Shown one piece after another: positions 8,384 through 18,487 of a stretch of DNA of 64,000 nucleotides. The translations under genes were made by a program, and so were the position numbers. This stretch comes from Clostridia bacterium (GTDB lineage: Bacteria; Bacillota; Clostridia; Oscillospirales; CAG-272), in assembly GCA_028720145.1 (NCBI GenBank), contig JAQYLJ010000005.1, positions 8,112 through 72,111 on the forward strand, read 5' to 3'. The notes below the pieces were generated by a model, which was given only the letters and a program-made list of their open reading frames with translations, was not told the DNA's origin and did no database searches. Position 1 is the stretch's first letter. Each line of letters opens with the position of its first letter.

Positions 8384-9568
8384 ATGAAAGAATTTGAACT
8401 CAAATACGGCTGTAACCCCAACCAAAAACCCGCGAAAATCTTTATGCGGGACGGCTCCGACCTCCCGATCGAAATTCTCTCGGGGAGACCGGGATATATC
8501 AATTTCCTCGACGCATTCAATGCGTGGCAATTGGTGCGGGAACTGCGCGAGGCGATAGGGCTCCCCGCCGTCACCTCGTTCAAGCATGTCAGCCCCACCT
8601 CCGCCGCAGTCGGGATTCCCTTGACCGAGACGCTGAAACGCGCCTGCTTCGTCGACGATATGGAAGGGCTCGATAGCTCTCCCCTCGCCTGTGCCTATGC
8701 CCGCGCGAGAGGGACCGATCGGATGTGTTCGTTCGGCGACTGGGTCGCCCTCTCGGATGTCTGCGACCTCACCACGGCGAAACTCATTCAGCGCGAGGTG
8801 TCGGACGGCATCATCGCACCGGGGTATGAGCCGGAGGCGCTCGAAGTTTTGAAAACCAAGCGCAAAGGCAATTATAACATCGTCAAAATCGACCCGTCGT
8901 ATGTCCCCGAACCCATCGAGCAGAAGCAGGTGTTCGGCATCACATTTGAGCAGGGACGCAACAATTTCAAAATCGGGCGCGAACTCCTCGCGAATATCGT
9001 CACCGAGAACCGCGAACTGCCCGAGAGTGCCGTGCGCGATCTCATCGTCGCCCTGATTACCCTCAAATATACCCAGTCCAACTCGGTCTGCTATGCCGTC
9101 GACGGACAGGCGATCGGAGTGGGCGCGGGACAGCAATCCCGTATTCACTGCACCCGTCTCGCGGGGGGAAAAGCCGACACCTGGTTCCTGCGGCAGAGCG
9201 AAAAGGTGCTGAACCTCCCGTTCCTCCCCACCCTTTCGAGACCCGAGCGCGACAATGTGATTGACGGCTATATCAACCACAACGAAGAAGATGTCTGCGC
9301 CGACGGGGTCTGGCAGCGGTACTTCACCCGCCGCCCCGAGCCGTTCACCCGTGAAGAACAGGCGGCGTATCTCGCCAATGTCAGCGGGGTCAGTCTCGGC
9401 TCGGATGCGTTCTTCCCCTTTGACGACAACATCGAGCGCGCATATCGCAGCGGGGTCAGTTATGTCGCCGAGGCGGGCGGCTCCATTCGCGACGACGCGG
9501 TCATCGCCTGCTGTAACAAGCACGGGATGACCATGGCATTCACCGGAATGCGCCTGTTCCATCATTAA
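8384..9568 (+). CDS. purH: AICAR formyltransferase (PurH C-terminal domain only)
   Basis: 394 aa, MKEFELKYGCNPNQKPA...TSFKHVSPTSAAVG...GAGQQSRIHCTRLAG...AFFPFDD...GGSIRD. This is the AICARFT domain without the MGS-like IMP cyclohydrolase domain. GAGGG RBS; start at ATG 8384. Confidence 0.9.
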   Translation: MKEFELKYGCNPNQKPAKIFMRDGSDLPIEILSGRPGYINFLDAFNAWQLVRELREAIGLPAVTSFKHVSPTSAAVGIPLTETLKRACFVDDMEGLDSSPLACAYARARGTDRMCSFGDWVALSDVCDLTTAKLIQREVSDGIIAPGYEPEALEVLKTKRKGNYNIVKIDPSYVPEPIEQKQVFGITFEQGRNNFKIGRELLANIVTENRELPESAVRDLIVALITLKYTQSNSVCYAVDGQAIGVGAGQQSRIHCTRLAGGKADTWFLRQSEKVLNLPFLPTLSRPERDNVIDGYINHNEEDVCADGVWQRYFTRRPEPFTREEQAAYLANVSGVSLGSDAFFPFDDNIERAYRSGVSYVAEAGGSIRDDAVIACCNKHGMTMAFTGMRLFHH

Positions 9569-9638
9569 ATCCACCCCACCCCGCGTAGAGCGCGGGGAAC
9601 AAGAAAATCCGACCGACAAACAAGAGAAGGAGTAGGAT

Positions 9639-10904
9639 GTGAAACTGTTGGTGGTCGGGGGCGGCGGCAGAGAGCACGCCCTCATTAAGAAACTGAAAGA
9701 AAACCCAAGCGTGACCGAGGTCTATGCCCTGCCGGGGAACGGCGGAATCGCCGCGGACGCGACCTGCGTCGATATCGGCGCGAAAGATATCGACGGCATC
9801 GTGCGCTTCGCACGGGAGAACGCCATCGACTTCGCGGTGGTCGCGCCGGATGACCCGCTGGTGCTGGGGGCGGTCGATGCGCTCGCGGAGGCGGGCATCC
9901 CCGCATTCGGTCCGCGCGCCAATGCCGCGGCCATCGAGGGGAGTAAGGTGTTCGCCAAAAACCTAATGAAGAAATACGGGATTCCAACCGCGCGCTATGA
10001 AGTATTCGACGACGCGGCGGCGGCACTCGCCTATTTGGAGAGCGCACCCATCCCCACGGTCATCAAGGCGGACGGCTTGGCACTCGGAAAGGGTGTCATC
10101 ATCGCCACCACGCGAAAGGAAGCACAAGACGCGGTGCGCTCCATGATGGAAGAGCATGCCTTCGGCGCGAGCGGCGACCGCATCGTGATTGAAGAATATC
10201 TGGAGGGCCCCGAGGTCTCGGTACTGTCCTTCACCGACGGAAAGACCATCGTCCCCATGGTGTCCTCGATGGACCACAAGCGAGCGGGAGACGGCGACAC
10301 GGGACTGAACACGGGCGGCATGGGTACCGTCGCCCCCAACCCCTATTACACCCCCGCCGTCGCGGAGCGGTGTATGCAAGAAATCTTTCTGCCGACCGTC
10401 CGCGCCATGAATGCGGAGGGACGCACTTTCCGCGGATGCCTGTATTTCGGACTGATGCTCACGAAAGACGGACCGAAAGTCATTGAATACAACTGCCGTT
10501 TCGGCGACCCGGAGACCCAAGTGGTGCTGCCGCTTTTGGAAACCGACCTGCTCACCGTGATGCAGGCGACCGTGAGCGGCACGCTCACCCCCGACCTCGT
10601 GCGGTTCCGTGCGGGACACGCCTGCTGTGTCATCATGGCATCCGAGGGGTACCCCGCGCACTATGAGAAGGGTTACCCCATCACTCTGCCCGAGGAGGTA
10701 CTGCCGTCGGTCTACTTCGCGGGTGCGGCACGCAAAGACGGGGAGACCGTGACCGCGGGCGGGCGCGTCCTCGGGGTCACCGCGGTGGCGGACACGCTCG
10801 CGGACGCTGTCACAGCCGCATACGAGAAAGTCGGGCAGATTCACTTTGAAAACGCTTATTTCCGCCACGATATCGGCGCACGCGCCCTGAAAGCAGAGGA
10901 ATAA
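9639..10904 (+). CDS. purD: phosphoribosylamine-glycine ligase PurD
   Basis: GTG start with an AAGGAG RBS. MKLLVVGGGGREHAL...ATP-grasp...YNCRFGDPETQ. Confidence 0.95.
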   Translation: MKLLVVGGGGREHALIKKLKENPSVTEVYALPGNGGIAADATCVDIGAKDIDGIVRFARENAIDFAVVAPDDPLVLGAVDALAEAGIPAFGPRANAAAIEGSKVFAKNLMKKYGIPTARYEVFDDAAAALAYLESAPIPTVIKADGLALGKGVIIATTRKEAQDAVRSMMEEHAFGASGDRIVIEEYLEGPEVSVLSFTDGKTIVPMVSSMDHKRAGDGDTGLNTGGMGTVAPNPYYTPAVAERCMQEIFLPTVRAMNAEGRTFRGCLYFGLMLTKDGPKVIEYNCRFGDPETQVVLPLLETDLLTVMQATVSGTLTPDLVRFRAGHACCVIMASEGYPAHYEKGYPITLPEEVLPSVYFAGAARKDGETVTAGGRVLGVTAVADTLADAVTAAYEKVGQIHFENAYFRHDIGARALKAEE

Positions 10905-10906
10905 AC

Positions 10907-13900
10907 ATGGTATTACGCGTCTATGTAGAGAAAAAAGAGGAACTGGCAAACGAGGCGCACGCGCTCCTCTCCGACCTCAAAAAACTGCTCGGCATCCTGT
11001 CACTTACCTCGGTACGCATCCTCAATCGCTACGATGCGGAGAATATCTCCGAGGAGCTGTTCCGCGAGGCGGTACGCACCGTCTTCTCGGAGCCGCAGCT
11101 CGACCGCGTGAGCGATTCCGCTCCAACGGGAGATCATGTCTTCGCGGTCGAATATCTGCCGGGTCAGTTCGACCAGAGAGCCGACTCCGCCGCACAGTGC
11201 ATTCAGATTCTCTCCTGCGGAGAGCGTCCCCTGATTCGCACCGCGCGGGTCTATGTCCTGAACGGGAATCTCACCGAGGCGGAAGTCGCCGCCGTGAAGA
11301 AATATGTCATCAACCCCGTCGAGGCGCGGGAAGCGGGACTCGAAAAACCCTCCACCCTGCAAGTGCCTTATACCGTCCCCACGCGCGTGGCGACACTGGA
11401 CGGCTTCACGCAGCTCGACCGCGCGGGGCTCTCGGAGACGGTCGCGAACCTCGGGCTCGCGATGGATGTGGACGACATCGCGTTCTGTCAGGCGTATTTC
11501 CGTGAAGAAAAACGCGACCCCACCATCACCGAAATCCGCATGATCGACACCTACTGGTCGGATCACTGCCGCCATACCACTTTTCTGACGACGGTCGACG
11601 GGGTGCAATTCGAGGACGAGGAAGCCGAGAATACTTGGCAAGACTATCTTGCCACCCGCGCCGCGCTGAATAGAACCAAACCCGTGAACCTGATGGACAT
11701 CGCCACCATCGCCGCGAAGTATCTGCGGAAAAACGGGCAACTCGCGAAACTCGATGAGTCCGAGGAAATCAACGCCTGCACCGTCAAAATGACCGTGGAG
11801 GTAGACGGGCGGGCGGAGCCGTGGCTGCTTCTCTTCAAAAACGAAACACACAACCACCCGACCGAGATCGAGCCGTTCGGCGGTGCCGCGACCTGCATCG
11901 GCGGCGCCATCCGCGACCCCCTCTCGGGCAGGTCCTATGTCTACGCCGCCATGCGCGTCACGGGGGCTGCCGACCCGACCGTCCCCGTCTCGGAGACCAT
12001 CCCCGGGAAACTGCCGCAACGGAAAATCGTACAGACCGCGGCGGCGGGATATTCGTCCTACGGCAACCAAATCGGGCTGGCTACGGGCATCGTCGATGAG
12101 GTCTATCACCCGGGCTATGCCGCAAAGCGCATGGAGATCGGTGCGGTGATTGCCGCCACCCCTGCCGAAAATGTCAGACGGGAAAGACCCGTCGAGGGCG
12201 ACATCGTCATTCTGCTCGGCGGCAGAACGGGGCGGGACGGCATCGGCGGTGCGACCGGCTCCTCCAAAGCGCACAACGCCCATTCGGTCGAGAACTGCGG
12301 GGCGGAAGTCCAAAAGGGGAACGCCCCCGAAGAGCGGAAACTGCAACGCCTGTTCCGCTGTGCCGAGGCGTGCCGCATGATCAAACGCTGTAACGATTTC
12401 GGCGCGGGCGGTGTCTCGGTCGCCATAGGCGAGCTTGCGGACGGACTGGATATTGATCTCGACCGCGTCCCCAAGAAATACGAGGGGCTCGACGGCACCG
12501 AACTGGCAATCAGCGAGTCGCAGGAGCGCATGGCGGTGGTGGTCGCGGAGGCGGATGTCCCGCACTTCCTCTCCCTCGCCGCGACCGAAAACTTAGAGGC
12601 GACCGTGGTCGCCCGTGTCACGGCGGAGCCGCGTCTGCGGATGCATTGGCAGGGGCAGACCGTGGTGGATATCTCCCGCGAGTTCTTAAACTCGAACGGT
12701 GCGGAAAAGCATATCACCGTGACGGCGGGCAAACCCGCGTCCTATGAGAAGGCACCCGTGACCGATTTCGCGGGCGGTTACCGTGCCCTGCTCTCCGACC
12801 TGAATGTCTGTTCGCGGCGGGGTCTATCCGAGCGGTTCGACTCCACCATCGGTGCGGGGACGGTGCTCATGCCGTTCGGCGGGAAGTACCAGCGCACCCC
12901 GATTCAGAGCATGGTGCAGAAAATCTCGGTGGAGAACGGGCACACCGACACTTGCAGTTATATGTCGTGGGGGTATAACCCCTATATCACCGAGAAGAAT
13001 CCCTATGACGGTGCCTATCTCGCCGTCGTGGAGAGCGTCGCCCGCCTGATCAGTGCGGGGGCGTCCTTCGAGGATGTCTATCTCACCTTCCAAGAGTATT
13101 TTGAAAAACCGGGTAAAGACCCCCGTCGCTGGGGGAAACCTCTCGCCGCCCTGCTCGGCGCGTTCCGCGCACAGATGGAACTCGGGATTGCCGCCATCGG
13201 CGGGAAAGACTCGATGAGCGGGTCATTTGAACGGCTGGATGTCCCGCCGACGCTGGTCTCCTTCGCCGTCACGACCGGAAACACAAACGAGGTTGTCTCG
13301 GGCGAGTTCAAAGAGGCGGGGCATCGCGTGGTATTGCTCGCCCCCGCGAAGAACGCCCACGGGCTCCCCGACGCAGAGTCGTTCAAAGCGTGTATGGCGC
13401 GCGTCACGGCGCTCATGCGCGCGGGCAAAGTCTACGCCGCTTATACCCCCACCTACGGAGGGATAGCGGAAGCGGTATACAAAATGTGCATCGGAAACGG
13501 CTTGGGCTTCCGCTATGAGGAAACCCTGCCCCTCGCCGACATCTTCTGCTATCACTACGGCGCATTCCTTTTGGAAGTGGACGAAAGCGTCACCGACGGG
13601 GTGACGGTCGGAGTCGTCCTCGGGGAGCCGATGATTGCGCGGGGTGACGAGCGAATCCCGCTCTCCGAGCTCGACCGCATCTACGAAGCTCGTCTCGAGG
13701 GCGTGTACCCCTGCATGGAAAAAGCAGAGACGCACACCTATGAGGCGTTCAGCGCCCCCGCCGTCTCCCTCTCCGCGCCCGCGGTCGCCCATGCGCGCCC
13801 CCGTGTCCTGATTCCCGTATTCCCGGGCACGAACTGCGAATACGATACCGCAAAAGTCCTGCGCGACGCGGGCGCAGACGCGCGCTTCTTTGTCATCAAC

Positions 13901-14599
13901 AATCTGACCCAGTCGGATATCGCCCGCAGTACCGAGCGTTTCGCGAAAGAACTCGCGGAGGCACAGATGGTCTTTATCCCCGGCGGATTCTCGGGGGGCG
14001 ATGAGCCCGACGGCTCGGGCAAATTCATCATGGCATTTTTCCGCAACGCGGAAATCCGTGGGGAGGTCGAGCGCCTTCTGAACCGTCGCGACGGGCTCAT
14101 GTGCGGCATCTGCAACGGGTTCCAAGCCCTCATCAAACTGGGGCTAGTCCCCTACGGGAAAATCATGGACACCGACGAGACCTGCCCGACCCTGACCTTC
14201 AACACCATCGCGCGCCACCAATCCAAGATGGTGCGGATTCGCATCGCGTCGAACAAGTCTCCGTGGTTGCGGGCGACCCGCGTCGGAGAGATTTATACCG
14301 TGCCCGTCTCCCACGGAGAGGGACGGTTCCTCGCGTCCGAGGAACTCGTGCGTTCCCTCGCCGCCGCGGGACAGATAGCGACCCAGTATGTCGACCTCGA
14401 CGGGTGCCCGACCGACGACATTCGCTATAATCCGAACGGTTCGGTCTACGCCATCGAGGGCATCACCTCGCCCGACGGGCGCGTGTTCGGCAAAATGGGG
14501 CACAGCGAGCGCATCGGGTCGGGGCTATACCGCAATGTCGCGGGGCAGTACGATATGCAAATGTTCTCTTCCGCGGTTGCCTATTTCCGTAAATCCTGA
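10907..14599 (+). CDS. purL: phosphoribosylformylglycinamidine synthase, large single-chain form
   Basis: 1230 aa. Contains a PurS-like N-terminus, duplicated AIRS domains (ETHNHPTEIEPFGGAATCIGG) and a C-terminal glutaminase domain (GICNGFQAL...HGEGRF). Confidence 0.95.
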   Translation: MVLRVYVEKKEELANEAHALLSDLKKLLGILSLTSVRILNRYDAENISEELFREAVRTVFSEPQLDRVSDSAPTGDHVFAVEYLPGQFDQRADSAAQCIQILSCGERPLIRTARVYVLNGNLTEAEVAAVKKYVINPVEAREAGLEKPSTLQVPYTVPTRVATLDGFTQLDRAGLSETVANLGLAMDVDDIAFCQAYFREEKRDPTITEIRMIDTYWSDHCRHTTFLTTVDGVQFEDEEAENTWQDYLATRAALNRTKPVNLMDIATIAAKYLRKNGQLAKLDESEEINACTVKMTVEVDGRAEPWLLLFKNETHNHPTEIEPFGGAATCIGGAIRDPLSGRSYVYAAMRVTGAADPTVPVSETIPGKLPQRKIVQTAAAGYSSYGNQIGLATGIVDEVYHPGYAAKRMEIGAVIAATPAENVRRERPVEGDIVILLGGRTGRDGIGGATGSSKAHNAHSVENCGAEVQKGNAPEERKLQRLFRCAEACRMIKRCNDFGAGGVSVAIGELADGLDIDLDRVPKKYEGLDGTELAISESQERMAVVVAEADVPHFLSLAATENLEATVVARVTAEPRLRMHWQGQTVVDISREFLNSNGAEKHITVTAGKPASYEKAPVTDFAGGYRALLSDLNVCSRRGLSERFDSTIGAGTVLMPFGGKYQRTPIQSMVQKISVENGHTDTCSYMSWGYNPYITEKNPYDGAYLAVVESVARLISAGASFEDVYLTFQEYFEKPGKDPRRWGKPLAALLGAFRAQMELGIAAIGGKDSMSGSFERLDVPPTLVSFAVTTGNTNEVVSGEFKEAGHRVVLLAPAKNAHGLPDAESFKACMARVTALMRAGKVYAAYTPTYGGIAEAVYKMCIGNGLGFRYEETLPLADIFCYHYGAFLLEVDESVTDGVTVGVVLGEPMIARGDERIPLSELDRIYEARLEGVYPCMEKAETHTYEAFSAPAVSLSAPAVAHARPRVLIPVFPGTNCEYDTAKVLRDAGADARFFVINNLTQSDIARSTERFAKELAEAQMVFIPGGFSGGDEPDGSGKFIMAFFRNAEIRGEVERLLNRRDGLMCGICNGFQALIKLGLVPYGKIMDTDETCPTLTFNTIARHQSKMVRIRIASNKSPWLRATRVGEIYTVPVSHGEGRFLASEELVRSLAAAGQIATQYVDLDGCPTDDIRYNPNGSVYAIEGITSPDGRVFGKMGHSERIGSGLYRNVAGQYDMQMFSSAVAYFRKS

Positions 14600-14632
14600 T
14601 ATGATGAAAGAAAAGAAAGTCGGAGAACAGGT

Positions 14633-16306
14633 ATGAACTATATGACAGACATTGAAATCGCGCAGTCCTGCACGATGAGACCCATCACCGAAATCGCCGC
14701 GAAAGCGGGCATCGGAGAGGAATATCTCGAACCCTATGGAAAATACAAGGCCAAAGTGGACTTGTCTCTTTTGAAAGACTGCTCGCGAAAAGACGGGAAA
14801 CTGATTCTCGTCACGGCGATCACCCCGACCCCTGCGGGAGAGGGAAAAACCACCACGACCATCGGGCTGGCAGACGGGCTGAACAAAATCGGTCGGCGGG
14901 CGGTCGTCGCCCTGCGTGAGCCGTCGCTCGGACCGGTCTTCGGCATCAAGGGCGGTGCCGCAGGCGGCGGGTACGCACAGGTCGTCCCGATGGAAGATAT
15001 CAATCTCCACTTCACGGGGGACTTCCACGCCATCGGCGCGGCGAATAACCTGCTCGCCGCCATGCTGGATAACCATATTCAGCAGGGGAACGCGCTCGGG
15101 ATCGACCCGCGGAAGATCACATGGAAACGTTGCGTCGATATGAACGACAGGCAACTCCGCTTTGTCGTGGACGGACTCGGCGGACGGGTCAACGGGACTC
15201 CGCGCGAGGACGGTTTCGACATCACGGTCGCGTCCGAGATTATGGCGGTCTTCTGTCTCGCAAGTTCCATCTCCGACCTCAAAGAGCGGCTCGGGCGCAT
15301 TGTGGTCGCCTATACCTATGACGACAGCCCCGTGACCGCCGCCGATCTGAAAGCGGTCGGCGCGATGGCGGCGCTACTCAAAGACGCGCTGAAACCCAAC
15401 TTGGTACAGACCCTCGAAGGTACCCCCGCATTCGTGCACGGCGGTCCTTTCGCAAATATCGCGCACGGGTGCAACTCGGTGACCGCGACCCGCATGGCGA
15501 TGAAACTCGGTGACTACGCCGTCACCGAGGCGGGATTCGGCGCAGACCTCGGCGCGGAGAAGTTCTTGGACATCAAGTGTCGGATGGCGGGATTGCGCCC
15601 CGATGCGGTGGTCGTGGTCGCAACGGTACGCGCGCTGAAAATGCATGGCGGGCTCGCCAAGACCGAGCTTGGGGTGGAGAACCTCGATGCCCTCGAGCGC
15701 GGGCTCCCCAACCTGCTCCGCCATGTCTCCAACATGACGCAGGTCTATCACCTGCCCTGTGTCGTGGCGGTCAACCGCTTCCCGACCGACACCGACGCCG
15801 AGATTGCCTGCGTGATTGAGGAGTGTCGGAAACTCGGCGTGAATGTCCGTCTCTCGACCGTCTGGGCGAACGGCGGCGAGGGCGGAAAAGAACTCGCGGA
15901 AGAGGTGGTGAGACTGTGCGAGAGCGAAAACCATTTCTCGTTCAGTTATGATGCAAACGCACCCATCTTTGAAAAAGTCGAGACCATCGTCAAACGCGTC
16001 TACGGCGGCGCGGGTGTGGTCTTTACCCCCGCGGCGAAAAAAGAGGCGGAGCGCCTGACGGCACTCGGGTTCGGTGCACTCCCCATCTGCATGGCGAAGA
16101 CCCAGTATTCTTTCTCGGACGACCCGACCAAACTCGGCGCGCCCGAGGGCTTCACGGTGACCGTGCGAAACATCCGCGTCAGCGCGGGGGCGGGATTCCT
16201 CGTCGCGCTCACGGGAGATATCATGACCATGCCGGGGCTTCCGAAGTCGCCCGCGGCAGAGCGCATTGATGTCACCGAAGACGGCAAGATTACGGGTCTC
16301 TTTTGA
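14633..16306 (+). CDS. fhs: formate-tetrahydrofolate ligase
   Basis: 557 aa, SDIEIAQ...[16 protein letters not shown]...[19 protein letters not shown], typical Fhs. Only 33 nt after purL, so it is the last gene of the pur operon. Confidence 0.95.
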   Translation: MNYMTDIEIAQSCTMRPITEIAAKAGIGEEYLEPYGKYKAKVDLSLLKDCSRKDGKLILVTAITPTPAGEGKTTTTIGLADGLNKIGRRAVVALREPSLGPVFGIKGGAAGGGYAQVVPMEDINLHFTGDFHAIGAANNLLAAMLDNHIQQGNALGIDPRKITWKRCVDMNDRQLRFVVDGLGGRVNGTPREDGFDITVASEIMAVFCLASSISDLKERLGRIVVAYTYDDSPVTAADLKAVGAMAALLKDALKPNLVQTLEGTPAFVHGGPFANIAHGCNSVTATRMAMKLGDYAVTEAGFGADLGAEKFLDIKCRMAGLRPDAVVVVATVRALKMHGGLAKTELGVENLDALERGLPNLLRHVSNMTQVYHLPCVVAVNRFPTDTDAEIACVIEECRKLGVNVRLSTVWANGGEGGKELAEEVVRLCESENHFSFSYDANAPIFEKVETIVKRVYGGAGVVFTPAAKKEAERLTALGFGALPICMAKTQYSFSDDPTKLGAPEGFTVTVRNIRVSAGAGFLVALTGDIMTMPGLPKSPAAERIDVTEDGKITGLF

Positions 16307-16343
16307 CCCGCCGCAAACTCTGTGACCCCATATTCATAAACAA

Positions 16344-16378
16344 AAACGCCCATCCGTTCGGTGGGCGTTTCTTTTGTT
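16344..16378 (+). terminator. intrinsic terminator of the pur-fhs operon
   Basis: AACGCCCAUCCGUUCGGUGGGCGUU hairpin followed by UCUUUUGUUG. Confidence 0.7.
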
Positions 16379-16422
16379 GTACTCGGATATCATATCGGAA
16401 CTTTTTTTTCACAGAAAGAAAT

Positions 16423-16454
16423 CGCACAACCGAGCGGGGTCGGTTGCGTTTTTC
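16423..16454. terminator. bidirectional hairpin between fhs and the convergent hypothetical gene
   Basis: CAACCG-loop-CGGUUG core with flanking C-G pairs. A U-run follows on the plus strand (UUUUUC), and a U-rich tract follows on the minus strand (AUUUCUUUCUG). Confidence 0.45.
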
Positions 16455-17022
16455 AGATATGCGCGAGGGGGGCAGGGTCTACCTTGTCGCCCCCGTTTTC
16501 CGCGGGCGGTTCCGACTCGGCGGAGGTCTCTTCCGTTAGTGCTTCCTCCGTCGGTTTCTCCCCCGCGGTGCCCGCATCTTCCCTCTCCCGTGCGGCGTTT
16601 GCCATGCGGTCGAGGTCGCGCAGGCGCAGGAGCCAGCCCGTCACCGTGCCGTCACGGAGCAGTTCAAGCAGGGTCCCGGGACAGTAGCGCTCGGTGCGGA
16701 GTACCCCATAGAGCAACGCCAACACGCTGTTGGCGTCGAGAATCGCGGGATTGATTTTCCCCGCGGAGGAATACTCGTAATAGTCGCTCTCTCTTGCGAG
16801 GTCGTATTCAAGGGGGCGCGCCTCTTCATGCGCGCAAAAGAATGCCTCGGCATCCTCGATAAATGCGTTCACCACTGCGCTGTACCGCACGGTCCCCGCC
16901 TGTGCGGTCTTACGCTCTTCGCGCAGCGTGTGCGCCGCCCCCGGCTTCCCGAGGTCGCGCTCTCCGTAGGCATCGCCCTCCAAGAGAATGAGATATTTCG
17001 TCAGCGCGGTATACTTTTTCAT
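16453..17022 (-). CDS. hypothetical protein with an acidic C-terminal tail
   Basis: 189 aa from ATG 17022 (MKKYTALTKYLILLEG.., GAGGAAAG RBS). Globular N-terminal 130 aa, then an E/A/T-rich acidic tail. I do not recognise the family. Confidence 0.55.
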   Translation of the reverse strand: MKKYTALTKYLILLEGDAYGERDLGKPGAAHTLREERKTAQAGTVRYSAVVNAFIEDAEAFFCAHEEARPLEYDLARESDYYEYSSAGKINPAILDANSVLALLYGVLRTERYCPGTLLELLRDGTVTGWLLRLRDLDRMANAAREREDAGTAGEKPTEEALTEETSAESEPPAENGGDKVDPAPLAHI

Positions 17023-17186
17023 GTTCTGCTTTCCTCGTCCGATCATCCTCAGAAAGTCGGGCATCCCACAAAAAGCAGAAACGCTTTTTCGACCTACCCC
17101 CGCTCTTACAGTCCCCGCGGCACTTACCCCGTATTGCAGGGTATTCCGAAAGGAAAATGAGCCGCGTGTTAAATTTTACCACGAAC

Positions 17187-17215
17187 ATATTATCACAATA
17201 TTTTGCCGGCTGCAA
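17187..17215 (-). promoter_or_regulatory. sigma-A promoter (extended -10) for the hypothetical gene
   Basis: Minus strand TTGCAG (17210-17215), 17 nt, TGaTAATAT (-10 at 17187-17192). Confidence 0.45.
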
Positions 17216-17220
17216 TCATA

Positions 17221-17247
17221 TTTGTCATAATTTGTCATTTTTGTGCA
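17221..17247 (-). repeat. three direct 8-9 nt boxes just upstream of the -35
   Basis: Plus strand TTTGTCAT aa TTTGTCAT T TTTGTGCAT (minus strand ATGCACAAA, ATGACAAA, ATGACAAA), with a 9-10 nt period. Confidence 0.5.
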
Positions 17248-17251
17248 TTGC

Positions 17252-17297
17252 AGACAAAAATAGAAGAGCCGTAACCCGCATTTTGCAAGTTACGGCT
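17252..17297 (-). terminator. intrinsic terminator after ldhA
   Basis: Minus strand AGCCGUAAC - 13-nt loop - GUUACGGCU followed by CUUCUAUUUUUG. A second A/U-rich hairpin (UUUUCCGAUU..AAUCGGAAAA) lies at about 17312-17345. Confidence 0.6.
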
Positions 17298-17394
17298 AAA
17301 ATTTCCTTTATTTTCCGATTGTTTTTTTACAGAAATCGGAAAAGCCGGTCACGGAAAGATGCGTTTGACGCAGTGTGGGAACTTCCGGACGCGT

Positions 17395-18387
17395 TTACGA
17401 GACGATATTCGCCTGAATGGGATTCCCCGCGGCGAAGCTCGCGGCGTTATCGAGGGTAGTGCGGCTGATGGCTTCGAGCGCCTCGCGGGTCAGAAACCCT
17501 TGGTGCGAGGTGACGATGACATTCGGGAACGAGAGGAGCCGCGCGGTGACCGAAGTCTCGAGGATATCGTCCTCGCGGTTCTCGAAAACATTTTCGCTCT
17601 CCTCCTCATAGACATCGAGACCCACGCCGAGGAACTTATACTGACGAATCCCCGCGATGAGGTCGTTCGTGCTGATGAGTGCGCCGCGCGAGGTGTTCAC
17701 CAGAATGACATCCTGTTTCATCTTCTCGATGGCGGCGAGGTCAATCATGTGGTAGGTCTCCTCGGTCAGGGGGCAATGGAGCGAGATGAGGTCGCTCTCG
17801 GACAGCAGCTCGTCGAGCGAGACATACTTCACATAGTCGGGCGCGTTCTTCGCGGGGTACTTGTCATACGCAAGCACCTGCATCCCGATGCCGTGGCAAT
17901 CGCGGCACATCGCCATCCCGATTTTCCCGGTGCCGACGATGCCCGCGGTCTTCCCGTAAAAATTGACGCCGGTCAGACCCATCAGGCTGAAATTGTTTTC
18001 GCGTACTTTGATATATGCCTTATGAATCCTGCGATTGACGGCAAACGCGAGCGCGAGCGCGTGTTCCGCGATTGCCTCGGGGGAGTAGCCGGGGACGCGC
18101 AGAACGGTCATGCCCGCCGCACGCGCCGCTTCCATATCAATGTTGTTGAACCCCGCACAGCGCATCAGAATCAGGCGCACCCCCGCGTCGGAAAGCGCAC
18201 GGATGACCGCGGCATTCACATCCGACGCGACAAACAGGCACACCGCGTCATACCCGCGCGCGAGACTCGCGGTCTTTTCGGAAATATCGGTTTTGAGATA
18301 CTCCACCGTAATCTCGGGGTAGGATGGGAGAGCGGCATCAAACGACATACTGTCGTAGGGTTTGGTATCGTAAAACAGAATCTTCAT
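17395..18387 (-). CDS. ldhA: D-lactate dehydrogenase / D-2-hydroxyacid dehydrogenase
   Basis: 330 aa, collinear with fermentative LdhA: RCAGFNNID...VPGYSPEAIAEHA...NRRIHKAY...FYGKTAGIVGTGKIG...NTSRG...TSHQGFLT. Confidence 0.85.
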   Translation of the reverse strand: MKILFYDTKPYDSMSFDAALPSYPEITVEYLKTDISEKTASLARGYDAVCLFVASDVNAAVIRALSDAGVRLILMRCAGFNNIDMEAARAAGMTVLRVPGYSPEAIAEHALALAFAVNRRIHKAYIKVRENNFSLMGLTGVNFYGKTAGIVGTGKIGMAMCRDCHGIGMQVLAYDKYPAKNAPDYVKYVSLDELLSESDLISLHCPLTEETYHMIDLAAIEKMKQDVILVNTSRGALISTNDLIAGIRQYKFLGVGLDVYEEESENVFENREDDILETSVTARLLSFPNVIVTSHQGFLTREALEAISRTTLDNAASFAAGNPIQANIVS

Positions 18388-18487
18388 GGATTCTCCTCGC
18401 AGATAAGGGATATGGTTAGGATACCCGCATGCCCCGCGGAATAACCGCGCATCGCCGTTTTTTCGGATGGCGGTAACGAGCGGAATC

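Noticed and set aside
11000-14125. 521-aa and 300-aa minus-strand ORFs (11000-12565 and 13223-14125), plus many shorter ones
   Set aside because: Codon-aligned antisense frames of purL. The same applies to 286-1338 (EamA), 32100-32933 (aguD), 33569-34441 (ptcA), 35314-36327 (icd), 39048-39878, 41523-42572 (rpoA), 48622-49956, 54070-55200, 55476-56420, 59526-60755 (polA) and 60773-61891.
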